Part shown: in pieces, positions 1 through 10,745 of the stretch
How the letters are laid out: each line of letters begins with the position of its first letter
Numbering within the stretch: the first letter of the stretch is position 1
Origin: Thiotrichales bacterium
GTDB taxonomy: Bacteria > Pseudomonadota > Gammaproteobacteria > UWMA-0217
Assembly: GCA_024763135.1 (NCBI GenBank)
Contig: JANTGD010000001.1
Span: forward strand, 1 to 54,002
DNA: 54,002 bases
Reading direction: 5' to 3'
Notes under the pieces: generated by a model
What the model saw: only the letters and a program-made list of their open reading frames with translations
The model's database searches: none
What the model was told of the DNA's origin: nothing
Translations under genes and position numbers: made by a program

Positions 1-163
1 GTTAAATAAAGATCGCTGGCACTTGTAAACTCATATTTTTCGCCCTGATCTAATGTATTTCCGGGGCAATCTGAGTAGTGACTGCATCGTTTGACAACTC
101 GCCGAGTAGTTACGCCACGAATGCAAAGCGCAGCCCGCGGCGAATGGCTATTCCCCTCCCAAA

Positions 164-233
164 GCCTGCAATAGCACCAGGCGTTCAGACAGGACAGCTT
201 CGTCCGTGATTTTAAGCTGAACGATGTAGTAGG
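164..233. repeat. Diverged partial copy of repeat family A, inverted relative to the copy at 4301-4570
   Basis: CCAGGCGTTCAGACAGGACAGCTTCGTCCGTGATTTTAAGCTGAACGATGTAGTAGG aligns by eye with the reverse complement of 4301-4357 (CCAGGCATGCAGACAGGACAACTGCGCCCGTCATTTTAAGCTAGACGAGGTACTAGT). The other end of the element could not be identified. Confidence 0.45.
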
Positions 234-388
234 AGCTTGCCCGAAAATAGGAACCGAAGTGAAGGCGAGTGGTTTTGAGTCCGATCTCGAGTTAATGAGG
301 CGAATAGCACGGCTATTGAATGAATTTAGCCGGAAAAATGGCCCAAATCCAACTGTCCACAGTAAGTGCTTTATTCTCGGAAAGGCTC

Positions 389-841
389 CTAAGAAGCCGT
401 ATAGGGATCAGGGACACCCAGGTGTTGCAAAAGCGCAATTTCTTTCTGTTCCATAATGTCTGCCTGTGCCGGTTCCTCGTGGTCATAACCCTGCAGATGC
501 AATAATCCATGCACCAAAATGTGCGCCCAATGATGGTGCAAATGCTTGCCCTGCTGTTCAGCTTCTTTCGCAACGACCTCGGCGCATACGACGAGGTCGC
601 CCAAATGCTCATTGGGTACAGAAGCAGGCACCTCGAAGGGAAATGAGAGCACATTGGTGGGCCCCGACTTCTGCCGATAAGTGGCATTGAGCGAGGCGCT
701 TTCCTGGGTATCCACAATCCGCACCATAACCGTCGCGGTACCCAGATCCGCGAACAAGCTTTCAATCTCACGCTGCAATAGAGGGAAATCCGGCAAGGGG
801 CGAAAGCGGGTGACCACTTGCAGCGTCAAACTGAGCCCCAT
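389..841 (-). CDS. ybeY: rRNA maturation endoribonuclease YbeY
   Basis: 150 aa with the metal-binding motif HGLLHLQGYDHE. Lies immediately downstream of phoH, the conserved ybeZ-ybeY arrangement, with a 1-nt overlap. Confidence 0.93.
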   Translation of the reverse strand: MGLSLTLQVVTRFRPLPDFPLLQREIESLFADLGTATVMVRIVDTQESASLNATYRQKSGPTNVLSFPFEVPASVPNEHLGDLVVCAEVVAKEAEQQGKHLHHHWAHILVHGLLHLQGYDHEEPAQADIMEQKEIALLQHLGVPDPYTAS

Positions 842-1806
842 CAGTCTCCCGCTCCCTGACGTTCATAGGCTTGCACGATACGGCGGACCAGAGGGTGGCG
901 CACTACATCACGGGCACTAAAGAAGTTGAAAGCAACCCCCTCTACCTCTTTGAGCACTTTAATCACATGGCGCAATCCCGACTCACTCCCCCGCGGCAAA
1001 TCGGTCTGCGTGACATCCCCGGTCACCACTGCCTGTGAGCCATACCCGATACGCGTCAGTAGCATCTTCATCTGCTCGACGCTTGTGTTCTGAGCCTCAT
1101 CCAAAATAATGAAGGCTTCATTGAGGGTACGGCCCCGCATATAGGCTAAGGGCGCTATTTCTATGACACCGCGCTCGATGAGTTTTTCCACTCGCTCGAA
1201 GCCCAACATTTCATACAGGGCGTCATACATTGGTCGTAAATAGGGATCGATCTTCTGTGCGAGATCTCCCGGTAAAAAACCCAAGCGCTCCCCTGCCTCA
1301 ACGGCCGGCCGCACCAGGATTACGCGCCGCACACGATCGCTCTCCAATGCTGCCACTGCCGTGGCTACCGCAAGATAAGTTTTACCCGTGCCTGCCGGGC
1401 CAATGCCAAAAGTCAGGTCAAGGCGCTGCATATCTTGCATATAGCGCGATTGAGTTGCACCGCGCGCTCTGATCTTTCCACGTCGTGTTGCGATCGCTGC
1501 CGGCTCTGCATCCGTCTCACCCAGCAACGCCTCAATACCCGACTCCTGCAGATATAGATGCACCTTTGCAGGCACCAAAGTTTCCTCAGCAGTCAGTGCA
1601 TAGAGGGAGCGTAAGACTTCGACTGTAGCCTGCGTCGCGCGGGCGCTGCCAATGACTTCGAAATTGGAACCCCGATTATTGATTTCTACACCCAGCCGGC
1701 GTTCGAGCTGGCGCAGATGTTCATCGAACTGACCCGATAGGTTAGCCAGCCGTTCATTACTCTCGGGCTCGAGCTGAATCGCGATAGAATGCACAGCTTC
1801 GGTCAC
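841..1806 (-). CDS. phoH: PhoH-like ATPase (YbeZ)
   Basis: 321 aa with Walker A GPAGTGKTYLA and a PhoH-type C-terminal region (IILDEAQNT...VVTGDVTQTDLP). Confidence 0.93.
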   Translation of the reverse strand: MTEAVHSIAIQLEPESNERLANLSGQFDEHLRQLERRLGVEINNRGSNFEVIGSARATQATVEVLRSLYALTAEETLVPAKVHLYLQESGIEALLGETDAEPAAIATRRGKIRARGATQSRYMQDMQRLDLTFGIGPAGTGKTYLAVATAVAALESDRVRRVILVRPAVEAGERLGFLPGDLAQKIDPYLRPMYDALYEMLGFERVEKLIERGVIEIAPLAYMRGRTLNEAFIILDEAQNTSVEQMKMLLTRIGYGSQAVVTGDVTQTDLPRGSESGLRHVIKVLKEVEGVAFNFFSARDVVRHPLVRRIVQAYERQGAGD

Positions 1807-1809
1807 AGA

Positions 1810-3165
1810 TTAACAGGCCTTGGGAAGCGTCTGAGAGGTAAGGTCAATGAATTCCCCCCGTAAGGAATTGGGCAGGGCTTCAGTAATGCGTACCTCCACA
1901 AATTGGCCGATGAGGCGTTCATTGGCTGTAAAATTAACCACCCGATTATTCTCCGTGCGCCCTGCCATCATCTGCTTGTCTTTGCGTGATGTCCGCTCCA
2001 CAAGTACCGTTTGCACCGATCCCACCATGTGCTTTGAAATTGCTGAAGCCTGCGTGGTAATCAAGGCTTGCAGACGCTGTAGTCGTGCCTTTTTTACCGA
2101 CAGCGGCACATCATCTGGCAAGTTCGCCGCCGGGGTGCCCGGCCGCGGACTGTAGATAAAACTATACGATGTATCAAAGCCAATATCTTCAATAAGCGCT
2201 AACGTCGCCTCAAAATCCGCCTCGGTCTCCCCCGGAAAGCCGACGATAAAATCCGAGGACAGGCTGATTTCCGGCCGAATTTTTTTAAGCCTGCGCAGCT
2301 TGGATTTGTATTCAACCGATGTGTGCCCGCGTTTCATAAGCGCCAGTATACGGTCCGAACCGCTTTGCACCGGCAAATGCAAATGGCTTACGAGTTCAGG
2401 CACCTCAGCATAGACTTCGATCAGGCGATCGGTGAATTCAACGGGGTGCGAAGTCGTATAGCGGATACGCTCGATACCATCGATGGCGGCAAGATAATGA
2501 ATCAGTAATGCAAGATCGGCAGAGTCCCCATCGACCATCCGTCCACGATAGGCATTCACGTTTTGGCCAAGCAGAGTGACCTCTCGAACGCCCTGTTGGG
2601 CCAAATGGACGACCTCGGCAATCACGTCATCGAAAGGTCGGCTGATTTCTTCTCCCCGGGTATAAGGAACGACGCAAAAACTGCAGTATTTACTACAGCC
2701 CTCCATGATCGAGACGAAGGCTGTGGGACCATCGGCGCGTGCTTCAGGGAGGTTGTCGAACTTTTCGATTTCCGGAAAGGAAATATCCACGACGGGTTGT
2801 CGTGCACCCTGCGCGACGCGCACAAATTCAGGTAAGCGATGTAATGTTTGCGGCCCGAAGACGATATCTACAAACGGAGCACGTTCGCGTAGCGCCTCGC
2901 CCTCTTGGCTTGCGACGCAACCTCCCACGGCAATCAGCAGATTGGGGCGATCTTTTTTGAGCGGACGCCAACGGCCCAATTGGGAAAAGACCTTTTCCTG
3001 AGCTTTTTCACGAATCGAACAGGTATTGAGAATCAGAAGATCTGCAACTTCAGGCTGTTGCGCGAGTTTGTATCCCATTTGCGCTTCGAGTACATCCCGC
3101 ATGCGCGCGGAATCGTACTCATTCATCTGGCAACCATGGGTTTGGATGTAAACGCTTTTGCTCAT
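1810..3165 (-). CDS. miaB: tRNA-2-methylthio-N6-dimethylallyladenosine synthase MiaB (radical SAM)
   Basis: 451 aa. N-terminal MTTase domain ([14 protein letters not shown]), radical-SAM [15 protein letters not shown] motif and a C-terminal TRAM-like region. Confidence 0.95.
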   Translation of the reverse strand: MSKSVYIQTHGCQMNEYDSARMRDVLEAQMGYKLAQQPEVADLLILNTCSIREKAQEKVFSQLGRWRPLKKDRPNLLIAVGGCVASQEGEALRERAPFVDIVFGPQTLHRLPEFVRVAQGARQPVVDISFPEIEKFDNLPEARADGPTAFVSIMEGCSKYCSFCVVPYTRGEEISRPFDDVIAEVVHLAQQGVREVTLLGQNVNAYRGRMVDGDSADLALLIHYLAAIDGIERIRYTTSHPVEFTDRLIEVYAEVPELVSHLHLPVQSGSDRILALMKRGHTSVEYKSKLRRLKKIRPEISLSSDFIVGFPGETEADFEATLALIEDIGFDTSYSFIYSPRPGTPAANLPDDVPLSVKKARLQRLQALITTQASAISKHMVGSVQTVLVERTSRKDKQMMAGRTENNRVVNFTANERLIGQFVEVRITEALPNSLRGEFIDLTSQTLPKAC

Positions 3166-3235
3166 ACCACCATGCGGTCAATCAAACTTACATTGTCGCA
3201 TAGAATCGATACGCTGCGTAGCACCTGAACCAGCG

Positions 3236-4267
3236 TTACTCGGTACCGCTGTTTTTATACCCATTGGGATTGTGCGATTGCCAGCGCCACGTATCTGCAC
3301 ACATTGCTTCGATCCCAAGTTCTGCCTGCCAGCCGATCGCTTCTTTAGCATAATCGGGATCCGCGTAACATGCAGCGATATCGCCAGGCCGCCGGTCGAC
3401 AATTTCATAAGGGATATCAACGCCCGATGCCTTGGCAAAGGCACGCACCATATCGAGTACCGAATACCCTTGCCCTGTCCCGAGGTTTACGGTCAACAGC
3501 GCCCCATTTGGTTTGCGCTGCAAGGCTTCCAGCGCTTTGACATGCCCTTTTGCCAGATCGACCACATGAATATAATCACGTACGCCAGTGCCATCATGGG
3601 TTTCATAGTCATCGCCAAATACCCGCAACTGAGCGAGTTTTCCCACCGCGACCTGCGCTATAAACGGCATTAGATTGTTGGGAATGTCATTCGGGTCCTC
3701 ACCAATACGGCCACTGGCGTGCGCGCCCACTGGGTTGAAGTAACGCAACAGGCCGATCTTCCAGCGTTCGTCAGACCGATATAAATCGCGCAGAATATCT
3801 TCGATCATCAGTTTGGAGCGCCCATAAGGATTCGTCGCAGAAAGCGGGAAATGCTCCTGAATAGGCAAGGAAGCTGGGTCGCCATATACCGTGGCGGAGG
3901 AGCTGAAAACCAATGTTTTGACCGCGTAGCGCGACATTACCTGGCTCAGCGTAATCGCACCTGCGACATTGTTCTCATAGTACGCCAGGGGTTTGGCTAC
4001 GGACTCGCCCACCGCTTTGAGCCCAGCAAAATTAATAACCGCATCGATATCATGCCCCGAAAATACGGTATTCAAGGCCACAGCATCACGAATATCCGCC
4101 TGATAGAACTGTAGCGTCTGTCCGGTAATCTCGCTGACACGCTCCAGTGCGACCGGAGAGCTGTTATCGAAATTGTCGACAACCACTACTTCATGCCCCG
4201 CCTCGAGCAGCTCGATACAGGTATGTGATCCAATATAACCGGCCCCACCGGCTACCAATATTTTCAT
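3236..4267 (-). CDS. galE: UDP-glucose 4-epimerase
   Basis: 343 aa. [15 protein letters not shown] Rossmann motif, SSSATVYG and YGRSK (YxxxK) SDR catalytic motifs. GalE-like along the full length. Confidence 0.9.
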   Translation of the reverse strand: MKILVAGGAGYIGSHTCIELLEAGHEVVVVDNFDNSSPVALERVSEITGQTLQFYQADIRDAVALNTVFSGHDIDAVINFAGLKAVGESVAKPLAYYENNVAGAITLSQVMSRYAVKTLVFSSSATVYGDPASLPIQEHFPLSATNPYGRSKLMIEDILRDLYRSDERWKIGLLRYFNPVGAHASGRIGEDPNDIPNNLMPFIAQVAVGKLAQLRVFGDDYETHDGTGVRDYIHVVDLAKGHVKALEALQRKPNGALLTVNLGTGQGYSVLDMVRAFAKASGVDIPYEIVDRRPGDIAACYADPDYAKEAIGWQAELGIEAMCADTWRWQSHNPNGYKNSGTE

Positions 4268-4300
4268 TACGCCCCCTAACTAACTATGTGATTGCCCCCT

Positions 4301-4570
4301 ACTAGTACCTCGTCTAGCTTAAAATGACGGGCGCAGTTGTCCTGTCTGCATGCCTGGGTAGGCGCACTTCGCAGGGAATGGTTGCTCCCTTACCAAGGAG
4401 TGCAACAGAATCAGGGATGCAGACAGGCAACCTTTCTGGCGCTTCTGTGATGCCGCGCCAGGGTGCTACAGTGCTTGCCAAGGACACTGCTATTGCCTGC
4501 GCACTGCGCCTTGATGCGCAGCATCACAAAAGCGCTGTGTCCGTCATTTTACGCTGGACGATGGACTAGT
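4301..4570. repeat. Repeat family A, full copy (A1): about 270-bp MITE-like element with about 30-bp terminal inverted repeats
   Basis: Left end is ACTAGTACCTCGTCTAGCTTAAAATGACGG. The reverse complement of the right end is ACTAGTCCATCGTCCAGCGTAAAATGACGG. The ends and the right internal part recur at 28378-28682 and partially at 164-233. The ORFs called here (4324-4569, 4463-4666) have no recognisable protein features. Confidence 0.7.
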
Positions 4571-4582
4571 GGCGTCGAGCAA

Positions 4583-6577
4583 TCAACCGACTTGCTCATC
4601 GAGTGCTTCGACTGCCTTGAGCTGGGGTTTAGACTTGCGCAACGGCACGGGTTTGTAGGCATCTAGGCTTACGTTCGCGGCATTGAGCACTAGCTTCCTT
4701 AACGCCTCTCTATCCCGCGCGTCGCAGTGTACCCTTATATCATCTAGAAGTTTCTGCAACTGCGGCCAAGGTAGCATTTCTTCTTCGGCACGCATGATTT
4801 TGGGATGCAGGGTCCCAATCGGATTATTGCCGATCAATAGCTCTTCGTAGAGCTTTTCTCCCGGACGCAATCCTGTAAACTCGATGCGGACATCCCCATC
4901 CGGATGCTCCTCATCCAAAACTTCAAGCCCACTCAAACGTATCATCTGGCGCGCCAGATCCAAGATTCGCACCGATTCCCCCATATCGAGCACGAACACA
5001 TCCCCGCCTTGCGCCAATGCACCCGCCTGTAGCACCAATTGTGCCGCCTCAGAAATCGACATGAAGTAGCGTGTCACCCGAGGATGCGTAACCGTTACTG
5101 GCCCCCCCTGGCGAATTTGCTCACGGAACAAGGGGATCACCGAACCGGAGGACCCCAATACATTCCCAAAACGCACCATGCAAAACACGGGACAGACTGC
5201 GCCTGATTGATTAGCCTGCCGTGAAAGTCGCTCGTGCATTGCTTGCAAAATAAGCTCAGCGACCCGTTTACTTCCCCCCATCATATTGGTTGGCCTGACT
5301 GCTTTATCTGTGGAGATGAGCACAAACGTCTCTACCCCATGAGCCATCGATGCCTGCGCGACTCTTTGTGTACCAAAGACATTGTTTTTAACGCCTTCAA
5401 ATTCATTACTTTCCATCAATGGCACATGCTTATAAGCAGCGGCGTGATAGACCGTGTGGACGGTATGGAGAGAAAACACATACTCAAGAAACGCTTGGCT
5501 CATGACCGAACCGAGGAGCGGCTGGATTTTTACATGAGCGGCGAAGCCGCTGTCGCGTAGCTGGCGATTGACCTGATAGAGCGCATGCTCACAACTATCC
5601 ACCAGCAGTAAACGCTGCGGTTTCAAGCGCATAATCTGGCGACACAGCTCCGATCCAATGGACCCCCCGGCCCCCGTGACCAGCACGGTTTTACCCTTGA
5701 TATTACGTTGCAGCAAATCGACATTGGGGGGCACAAGATCCCGGCCCAGCAGATCTTCGGCATCCACCTCGCGCAGATCATTGACACTGACTTTGCCGCT
5801 CGCAATTTCGCTGACTGTGGGCAAAACCCGGGCGTGTACACGAAAATCCTGGAGTCTTTGGATGATTTCGTTGCGCCTGGCACGCGTCGCCGATGGAATG
5901 GCCACAAGCACTTCTTTAATTCCGTAACGGTCTACGATACGTCCAAGATCGCGCAGCGGAAACACCTTAAGCCCGGCTACTTCCCGGTCATACATGCGCG
6001 TATCGTCATCGAGAAAACCCACAGGATAAAGATCGCGAGACTGATACAGCGCCTGCACCAGCTGCACACCTGCATCCCCCGCGCCGTAAACCAGTACATT
6101 GTCGCCCGAAAAACTGTTTCTAACCGGGCGCCACATAAACTCACGCATGATCAAACGGCTACCCACAATCAATACCGTCGCAAACATCCAATACAGCAAG
6201 ATCACTGTATAAGGCACGCCCTGGTAGTTTGCCAAACCAAACAACGAAACCGCAACCGCCCATAGCAAGGTTGCAATCGCGACGGCCTTGACCGTAGTCC
6301 AGAGCGCCTGCTCTCCCATATATCGGATGACTGCACGATACAATCCAGTATAAAGGAATACGGGCACAGCAATAACCACTGCAAGGATCGCGAGCGCGGT
6401 CTGAGTGTGACTAGGAAGCAGCGGCTCCCCAAAACGAATCGATAATGCTGACCAAAATGAGAAAAGTAAAAGTGAAAGATCGAGTATTGATACCAAAAAG
6501 CGCTTGTGAAGGCTTGGCAACGTCCTGAGTGAATCTACCGGTTTATCCATTTCCATGAGCAGTGTAATGATTAACAA
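4583..6577 (-). CDS. Membrane-anchored polysaccharide biosynthesis protein, CapD/WbpM/PglF-type nucleotide-sugar 4,6-dehydratase
   Basis: 664 aa. N-terminal transmembrane helices, two Rossmann motifs (VYGAGDAGVQL and VLVTGAGGSIGSEL) and a CapD-like C-terminal half. The start may be at the internal MEMDKP. Confidence 0.85.
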   Translation of the reverse strand: MLIITLLMEMDKPVDSLRTLPSLHKRFLVSILDLSLLLFSFWSALSIRFGEPLLPSHTQTALAILAVVIAVPVFLYTGLYRAVIRYMGEQALWTTVKAVAIATLLWAVAVSLFGLANYQGVPYTVILLYWMFATVLIVGSRLIMREFMWRPVRNSFSGDNVLVYGAGDAGVQLVQALYQSRDLYPVGFLDDDTRMYDREVAGLKVFPLRDLGRIVDRYGIKEVLVAIPSATRARRNEIIQRLQDFRVHARVLPTVSEIASGKVSVNDLREVDAEDLLGRDLVPPNVDLLQRNIKGKTVLVTGAGGSIGSELCRQIMRLKPQRLLLVDSCEHALYQVNRQLRDSGFAAHVKIQPLLGSVMSQAFLEYVFSLHTVHTVYHAAAYKHVPLMESNEFEGVKNNVFGTQRVAQASMAHGVETFVLISTDKAVRPTNMMGGSKRVAELILQAMHERLSRQANQSGAVCPVFCMVRFGNVLGSSGSVIPLFREQIRQGGPVTVTHPRVTRYFMSISEAAQLVLQAGALAQGGDVFVLDMGESVRILDLARQMIRLSGLEVLDEEHPDGDVRIEFTGLRPGEKLYEELLIGNNPIGTLHPKIMRAEEEMLPWPQLQKLLDDIRVHCDARDREALRKLVLNAANVSLDAYKPVPLRKSKPQLKAVEALDEQVG

Positions 6578-6705
6578 CCATGCTTTGGCGCCACGCAGTT
6601 TAATGAATTTCCGATAGAAAGTAAGTGAATGTTAGCATTCTTTCTTAAAGTAGAAACTTAATATTAGCGCTATTTCTCTTTTTTTACGCGTTTGCTCTAC
6701 TTGGT

Positions 6706-7647
6706 TTACTTATATCCACCAACCTTTACCAAAAGAATTGCAAGCAAGCTACATGCCACCATCCAAAGAAGCTCCCAAAGCAAAACTCTCGACACTGGAT
6801 AACCTGCCAGAACCAAGCGTTGGTACCAATGCTCGCGATGTGCCTCCCAAACTTTTTGCCTACGGAAAAGTCGTGATAGCAAGGTGTAAGTTGCATCCAA
6901 CCAAAATGGCATAAAGATTAGTACGGGCACCCACCAATGGAATAGACTGCGCTCAATTCCTAGTAGTGAAGCCGAAATCATCATGTACCCGAGAAATGTG
7001 GAACCACTGTCCCCCATAAAGATCTTTGCAGGTGGCAGATTCCAAACTAAAAAGCCAAGAGTAGCAGCGGCAATCGAGGCGACACCCAAGGCATAGACGG
7101 AGTCGCCCAGCTGCCAACCGATCACCGCTAGCGCACCAAAACCGACCACCCCCATCGTGCCGGCCAGCCCATCCATACCATCCATGAAGTTGTACAGATT
7201 GATTGACCATATGCCGAGGAATACTAATCCCATAGTTAATGCTATCCCTAACAGAGTATCCATGGATGCATATCCCATCCGCATAGCACCCAACAACAGG
7301 ATCGTTACAACACAATGCATCAACAATCGTATTCTTGCAGGCACATGTCCAAGGTAATCGTCGAGTATCGATACACCAAACAACAGCAGAACACCTGCTA
7401 AGATAAGAAAGTCATATTCTGCAAATATTGGAGTTGGATAAATGAGCTTTGAGCTAAGCACCCATCCTAAAATTGTCCATAAAACAATGGATACCCCGCC
7501 CGTCCTTGGCACCGCCTCGGTATGTAAAGAACGATCATTGGGTATATCAAGGGCGGTATTTACTCCAGAGTGTCTTACTAAGAAAAATACACTTACAAGA
7601 CTACCTGAAAAAATACCCATGAGTATCGCTAATAATTTAGTACTCAT
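6706..7647 (-). CDS. Polyprenyl-phosphate sugar-1-phosphate transferase, glycosyltransferase family 4 (WecA/WbpL/MraY-like initiating enzyme)
   Basis: 313 aa, polytopic membrane protein with the family motif NLYNFMDGMDGLAG and the conserved FMGDSGS block. Confidence 0.85.
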   Translation of the reverse strand: MSTKLLAILMGIFSGSLVSVFFLVRHSGVNTALDIPNDRSLHTEAVPRTGGVSIVLWTILGWVLSSKLIYPTPIFAEYDFLILAGVLLLFGVSILDDYLGHVPARIRLLMHCVVTILLLGAMRMGYASMDTLLGIALTMGLVFLGIWSINLYNFMDGMDGLAGTMGVVGFGALAVIGWQLGDSVYALGVASIAAATLGFLVWNLPPAKIFMGDSGSTFLGYMMISASLLGIERSLFHWWVPVLIFMPFWLDATYTLLSRLFRRQKVWEAHREHWYQRLVLAGYPVSRVLLWELLWMVACSLLAILLVKVGGYK

Positions 7648-8531
7648 CCGAACCCCCCGATGACTATTATCCCTCGCAACTCATAAGACAACATCAATAC
7701 TACGCCCTGCGAATTGCTTTACATCATCCATTTCATTCTAACTTATCAATAAGTTACTGAGCATTATTTGCCAGATTCTTCAGCCAGTAAAGCTGCTGCC
7801 TCGTGAATTATTCTAATTCAAGCAACTTCCAAATGACTTTTTGGAGACAGGCAGCGTTGAATTGTAACTTCTTTATTATTCTTTCTTGTTGATACAAACA
7901 ACATTTCACACACATTGATATCCGATTATACTTAATAGCTATTTAGATTCAGACACTTAGAAACCTCAACCAAGGATAATAAGTACCTATACAATCTATC
8001 CAAATTGTATCCTCGAGTTATATGGCATCGTTTAGAATGCGAACTCACTTCACCTTTAGGTTTACACTAATCTTCGGATTTTGCTACGTTGATAGCATAT
8101 TGAGAAAGTAACGGCATGGATTTTGATTTCCGAAACTGTTACTCTACCAGTTGGTCTTCATTTTCAACTGAAGGAATATACAACATGAAAGAACATGGAT
8201 TGCTTGCTATCGATCAGTACTACTGTTGCTAACGATACACGATTAAAGCTAATACGCTTGTTTTTAATTACTCGTTGCCTTTTAAGAGTACAAGTATAAA
8301 GTTTTATGTTGTAATTACCCGCTATGCGTAACAATGATTACCTTTCGTCCAAAAAACTTCTTAAAACACTCTTTAGTTCATCCAACAATATTGGCTGTCC
8401 TCGTTCCATGTCGCATTTCTTCGATTTTCCATTGCGACCGTTCCAGCATATCGTGCCTCTTGATTAGACATCAATATTATTTTTAAGCACAAGACCGATA
8501 ACAATCTTGTCAATAAAACAGTTATCAAGAA

Positions 8532-9410
8532 TTGCACGCACCCTTTAATATACCCATACACTATGAGAAGAGAGCCGTGAGACATCAAATCTATCGCGAA
8601 CTCACGCCGCAAGCGATAATCAATACATTCATAATCAATATATCATTGATTAAACAGCTCGCCTGGCGAGATATCATAGGAAGATATCAAGGCTCCATTC
8701 TTGGGCTCATATGGTCATTCATAAACCCTCTAATCATGTTAATGGTTTACACTTTTGTTTTTTCTGTGGTATTTAAAGCACGTTGGGGCAGCAGTCAATC
8801 AAGTGATAGTAAAGCCGAATTTGCATTAATTTTATTTTCTGGACTAATTATACACACCTTTTTTGCTGAGGTACTTAATCGCTCCCCTTCCCTTATTGTT
8901 AGCAATTCTAATTACGTTAAAAAGGTCGTTTTCCCTCTTGAAACACTACCTTACGTAAATATTACCTCTGCTTTGTTCCATGCATGTGTAAGCATCGCAG
9001 TTCTTTTACTCGGTTTAGTACTAATTAACGGAACAATACATTGGACAATAGCGTTTCTTCCAATTATATTTACACCACTCATTTTATTGTCTCTAGGCAT
9101 CTCATGGATTTTAGCATCTCTCGGCGTTTACCTTAGAGACATGAACCAAATTACCAGCATAATAACCACCATCCTTTTATTTATATCTCCGGTATTTTTT
9201 CCACTTTCTTCTATACCAGAGCAATATCAAGCAATTGTTATAGCTAACCCACTTACTTTTATAATTGAACAGACGAGAGAAGTTATCATCTGGGGTAACC
9301 TTCCGAATTTCACTGGTTTACTTACATACTTTATATTTGCATTTATTTTTGCTCAACTCGGAATTATATTTTTTCAAAAAACGAGAAATGGTTTCGCCGA
9401 TGTGTTATAA
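8532..9410 (+). CDS. wzm: ABC-2 type polysaccharide export permease (Wzm)
   Basis: Multi-pass membrane protein with the N-terminal LAWRDIIGRYQGSILGLIWSF block typical of Wzm/TagG permeases, directly upstream of the ATPase. The track start at 8532 is TTG. The in-frame GTG at 8577 is an equally plausible start. Confidence 0.85.
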   Translation: MHAPFNIPIHYEKRAVRHQIYRELTPQAIINTFIINISLIKQLAWRDIIGRYQGSILGLIWSFINPLIMLMVYTFVFSVVFKARWGSSQSSDSKAEFALILFSGLIIHTFFAEVLNRSPSLIVSNSNYVKKVVFPLETLPYVNITSALFHACVSIAVLLLGLVLINGTIHWTIAFLPIIFTPLILLSLGISWILASLGVYLRDMNQITSIITTILLFISPVFFPLSSIPEQYQAIVIANPLTFIIEQTREVIIWGNLPNFTGLLTYFIFAFIFAQLGIIFFQKTRNGFADVL

Positions 9411-9446
9411 AGCCCTCTTATTTATTTGAGTAATGTTTAAATAATA

Positions 9447-10745
9447 ATGACTGCGATATCCGTAAATAAAGTCGCCAAATGTTATCCCATATATGATCGT
9501 CCGAGTGACCGACTGAAACAGATGCTTTTCAAAAACAAAAAGCGGTTTTTCAGAGAGTTTTGGGCATTAAATAATGTAAATTTCTCAGTATCGAAAGGTG
9601 AGACAGTAGGGATAATTGGTAAAAATGGTTCTGGTAAATCCACTCTACTACAAATTATCTGCAAAATACTTACCCCCACCAAGGGAGATGTCAAAGTCGA
9701 TGGCAAAGTGGCCGCTCTTCTAGAACTCGGCGCTGGCTTTAATCCTGAATTTTCTGGGATAGAAAATATTTTTATGGCGGCCTCAATATACGGCCTCACT
9801 AAAGAAGAAACATCCAGACGCATGGATTCAATAATCTCTTTTGCTGACATCGGGGAACACCTAGACCAGCCAGTCAAAACCTATTCAAGCGGCATGTATG
9901 TACGGCTCGCATTCGCGGTGATTGCTCATGTAGATGCCGACATTCTGGTAATTGACGAAGCGCTAGCCGTAGGTGATGCTATATTCACGCAAAAATGTAT
10001 GCGGTTTATTAGGGAATTCAAAAAAACGGGCACTTTATTATTTGTCAGTCACGATATGAACTCAGTATTAAGTTTATGTGATAAAGCAATTTGGCTGGAT
10101 AATGGTACTATTGTTCAACAAGGCTCCTCCAAACAGGTAGCTGAAGACTATCTTCAGTCTACCCTACAATCCGTATACGGAAACGATGCTCAACTTGAGC
10201 GAGTAAATAATAAAGAAGTCCCTGAACCATCCAGTGCTGACGTTAAACTCGATTATGATTCTCAACTCGAATTCCAAGAAAACCTCGTCGATGCGAAGGG
10301 TTGGTCATCAGGTGCAGGAAAAATAATATCAATTGAGATGAAATCTTTATCTAATGAGGTTAATAACCTATACAAAGGTGGTGAGAAGGTAAACCTGATC
10401 ATTCGCGCAGAAATTTACCAAGACTTCGACAGACCCATTATAGGTTTCCTCGTGCGTGATAGGCTAGGGCAAGACCTTTTCGGAGAAAACACACTTGGTT
10501 TTACAAAGCTTAGTCCAACACCTGCTAAAGCAGGTGATACTTTAGAGTCTTGCTTTACATTCACTTTACCCATGTTGCCTAATGGCGAATACGTTGTAAT
10601 GGCCTCTCTAGCAAATGGTGATCTGTATAATAACATCCAACATCATTGGTTGCATGACGCATTTGTATTGACAGTTTCGTCCTCTAAAGTCCGTTGGGGG
10701 CTTGTCGGCATTCCTTTTGAACAAGTTTCGCTAAATAAAATCTAA
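9447..10745 (+). CDS. wzt: Polysaccharide export ABC ATPase (Wzt) with extended C-terminal domain
   Basis: 432 aa. Walker A GKNGSGKST, signature YSSGMYVRLAFA, Walker B ILVIDEALAVGD. About 180 further residues follow the NBD, at the position of the Wzt carbohydrate-binding domain. Confidence 0.88.
   Translation: MTAISVNKVAKCYPIYDRPSDRLKQMLFKNKKRFFREFWALNNVNFSVSKGETVGIIGKNGSGKSTLLQIICKILTPTKGDVKVDGKVAALLELGAGFNPEFSGIENIFMAASIYGLTKEETSRRMDSIISFADIGEHLDQPVKTYSSGMYVRLAFAVIAHVDADILVIDEALAVGDAIFTQKCMRFIREFKKTGTLLFVSHDMNSVLSLCDKAIWLDNGTIVQQGSSKQVAEDYLQSTLQSVYGNDAQLERVNNKEVPEPSSADVKLDYDSQLEFQENLVDAKGWSSGAGKIISIEMKSLSNEVNNLYKGGEKVNLIIRAEIYQDFDRPIIGFLVRDRLGQDLFGENTLGFTKLSPTPAKAGDTLESCFTFTLPMLPNGEYVVMASLANGDLYNNIQHHWLHDAFVLTVSSSKVRWGLVGIPFEQVSLNKI

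Noticed and set aside
259-771. ORFs 259-456, 320-505 and 313-771 at the window start
   Set aside because: They overlap the well-supported ybeY gene or the repeat-derived sequence and have no recognisable domains. They are most likely non-coding.
8373-8612. 79-aa minus-strand ORF in the AT-rich spacer overlapping the wzm start
   Set aside because: It has no motifs, overlaps the wzm 5' end, and lies in AT-rich DNA where random ORFs of this size are expected.
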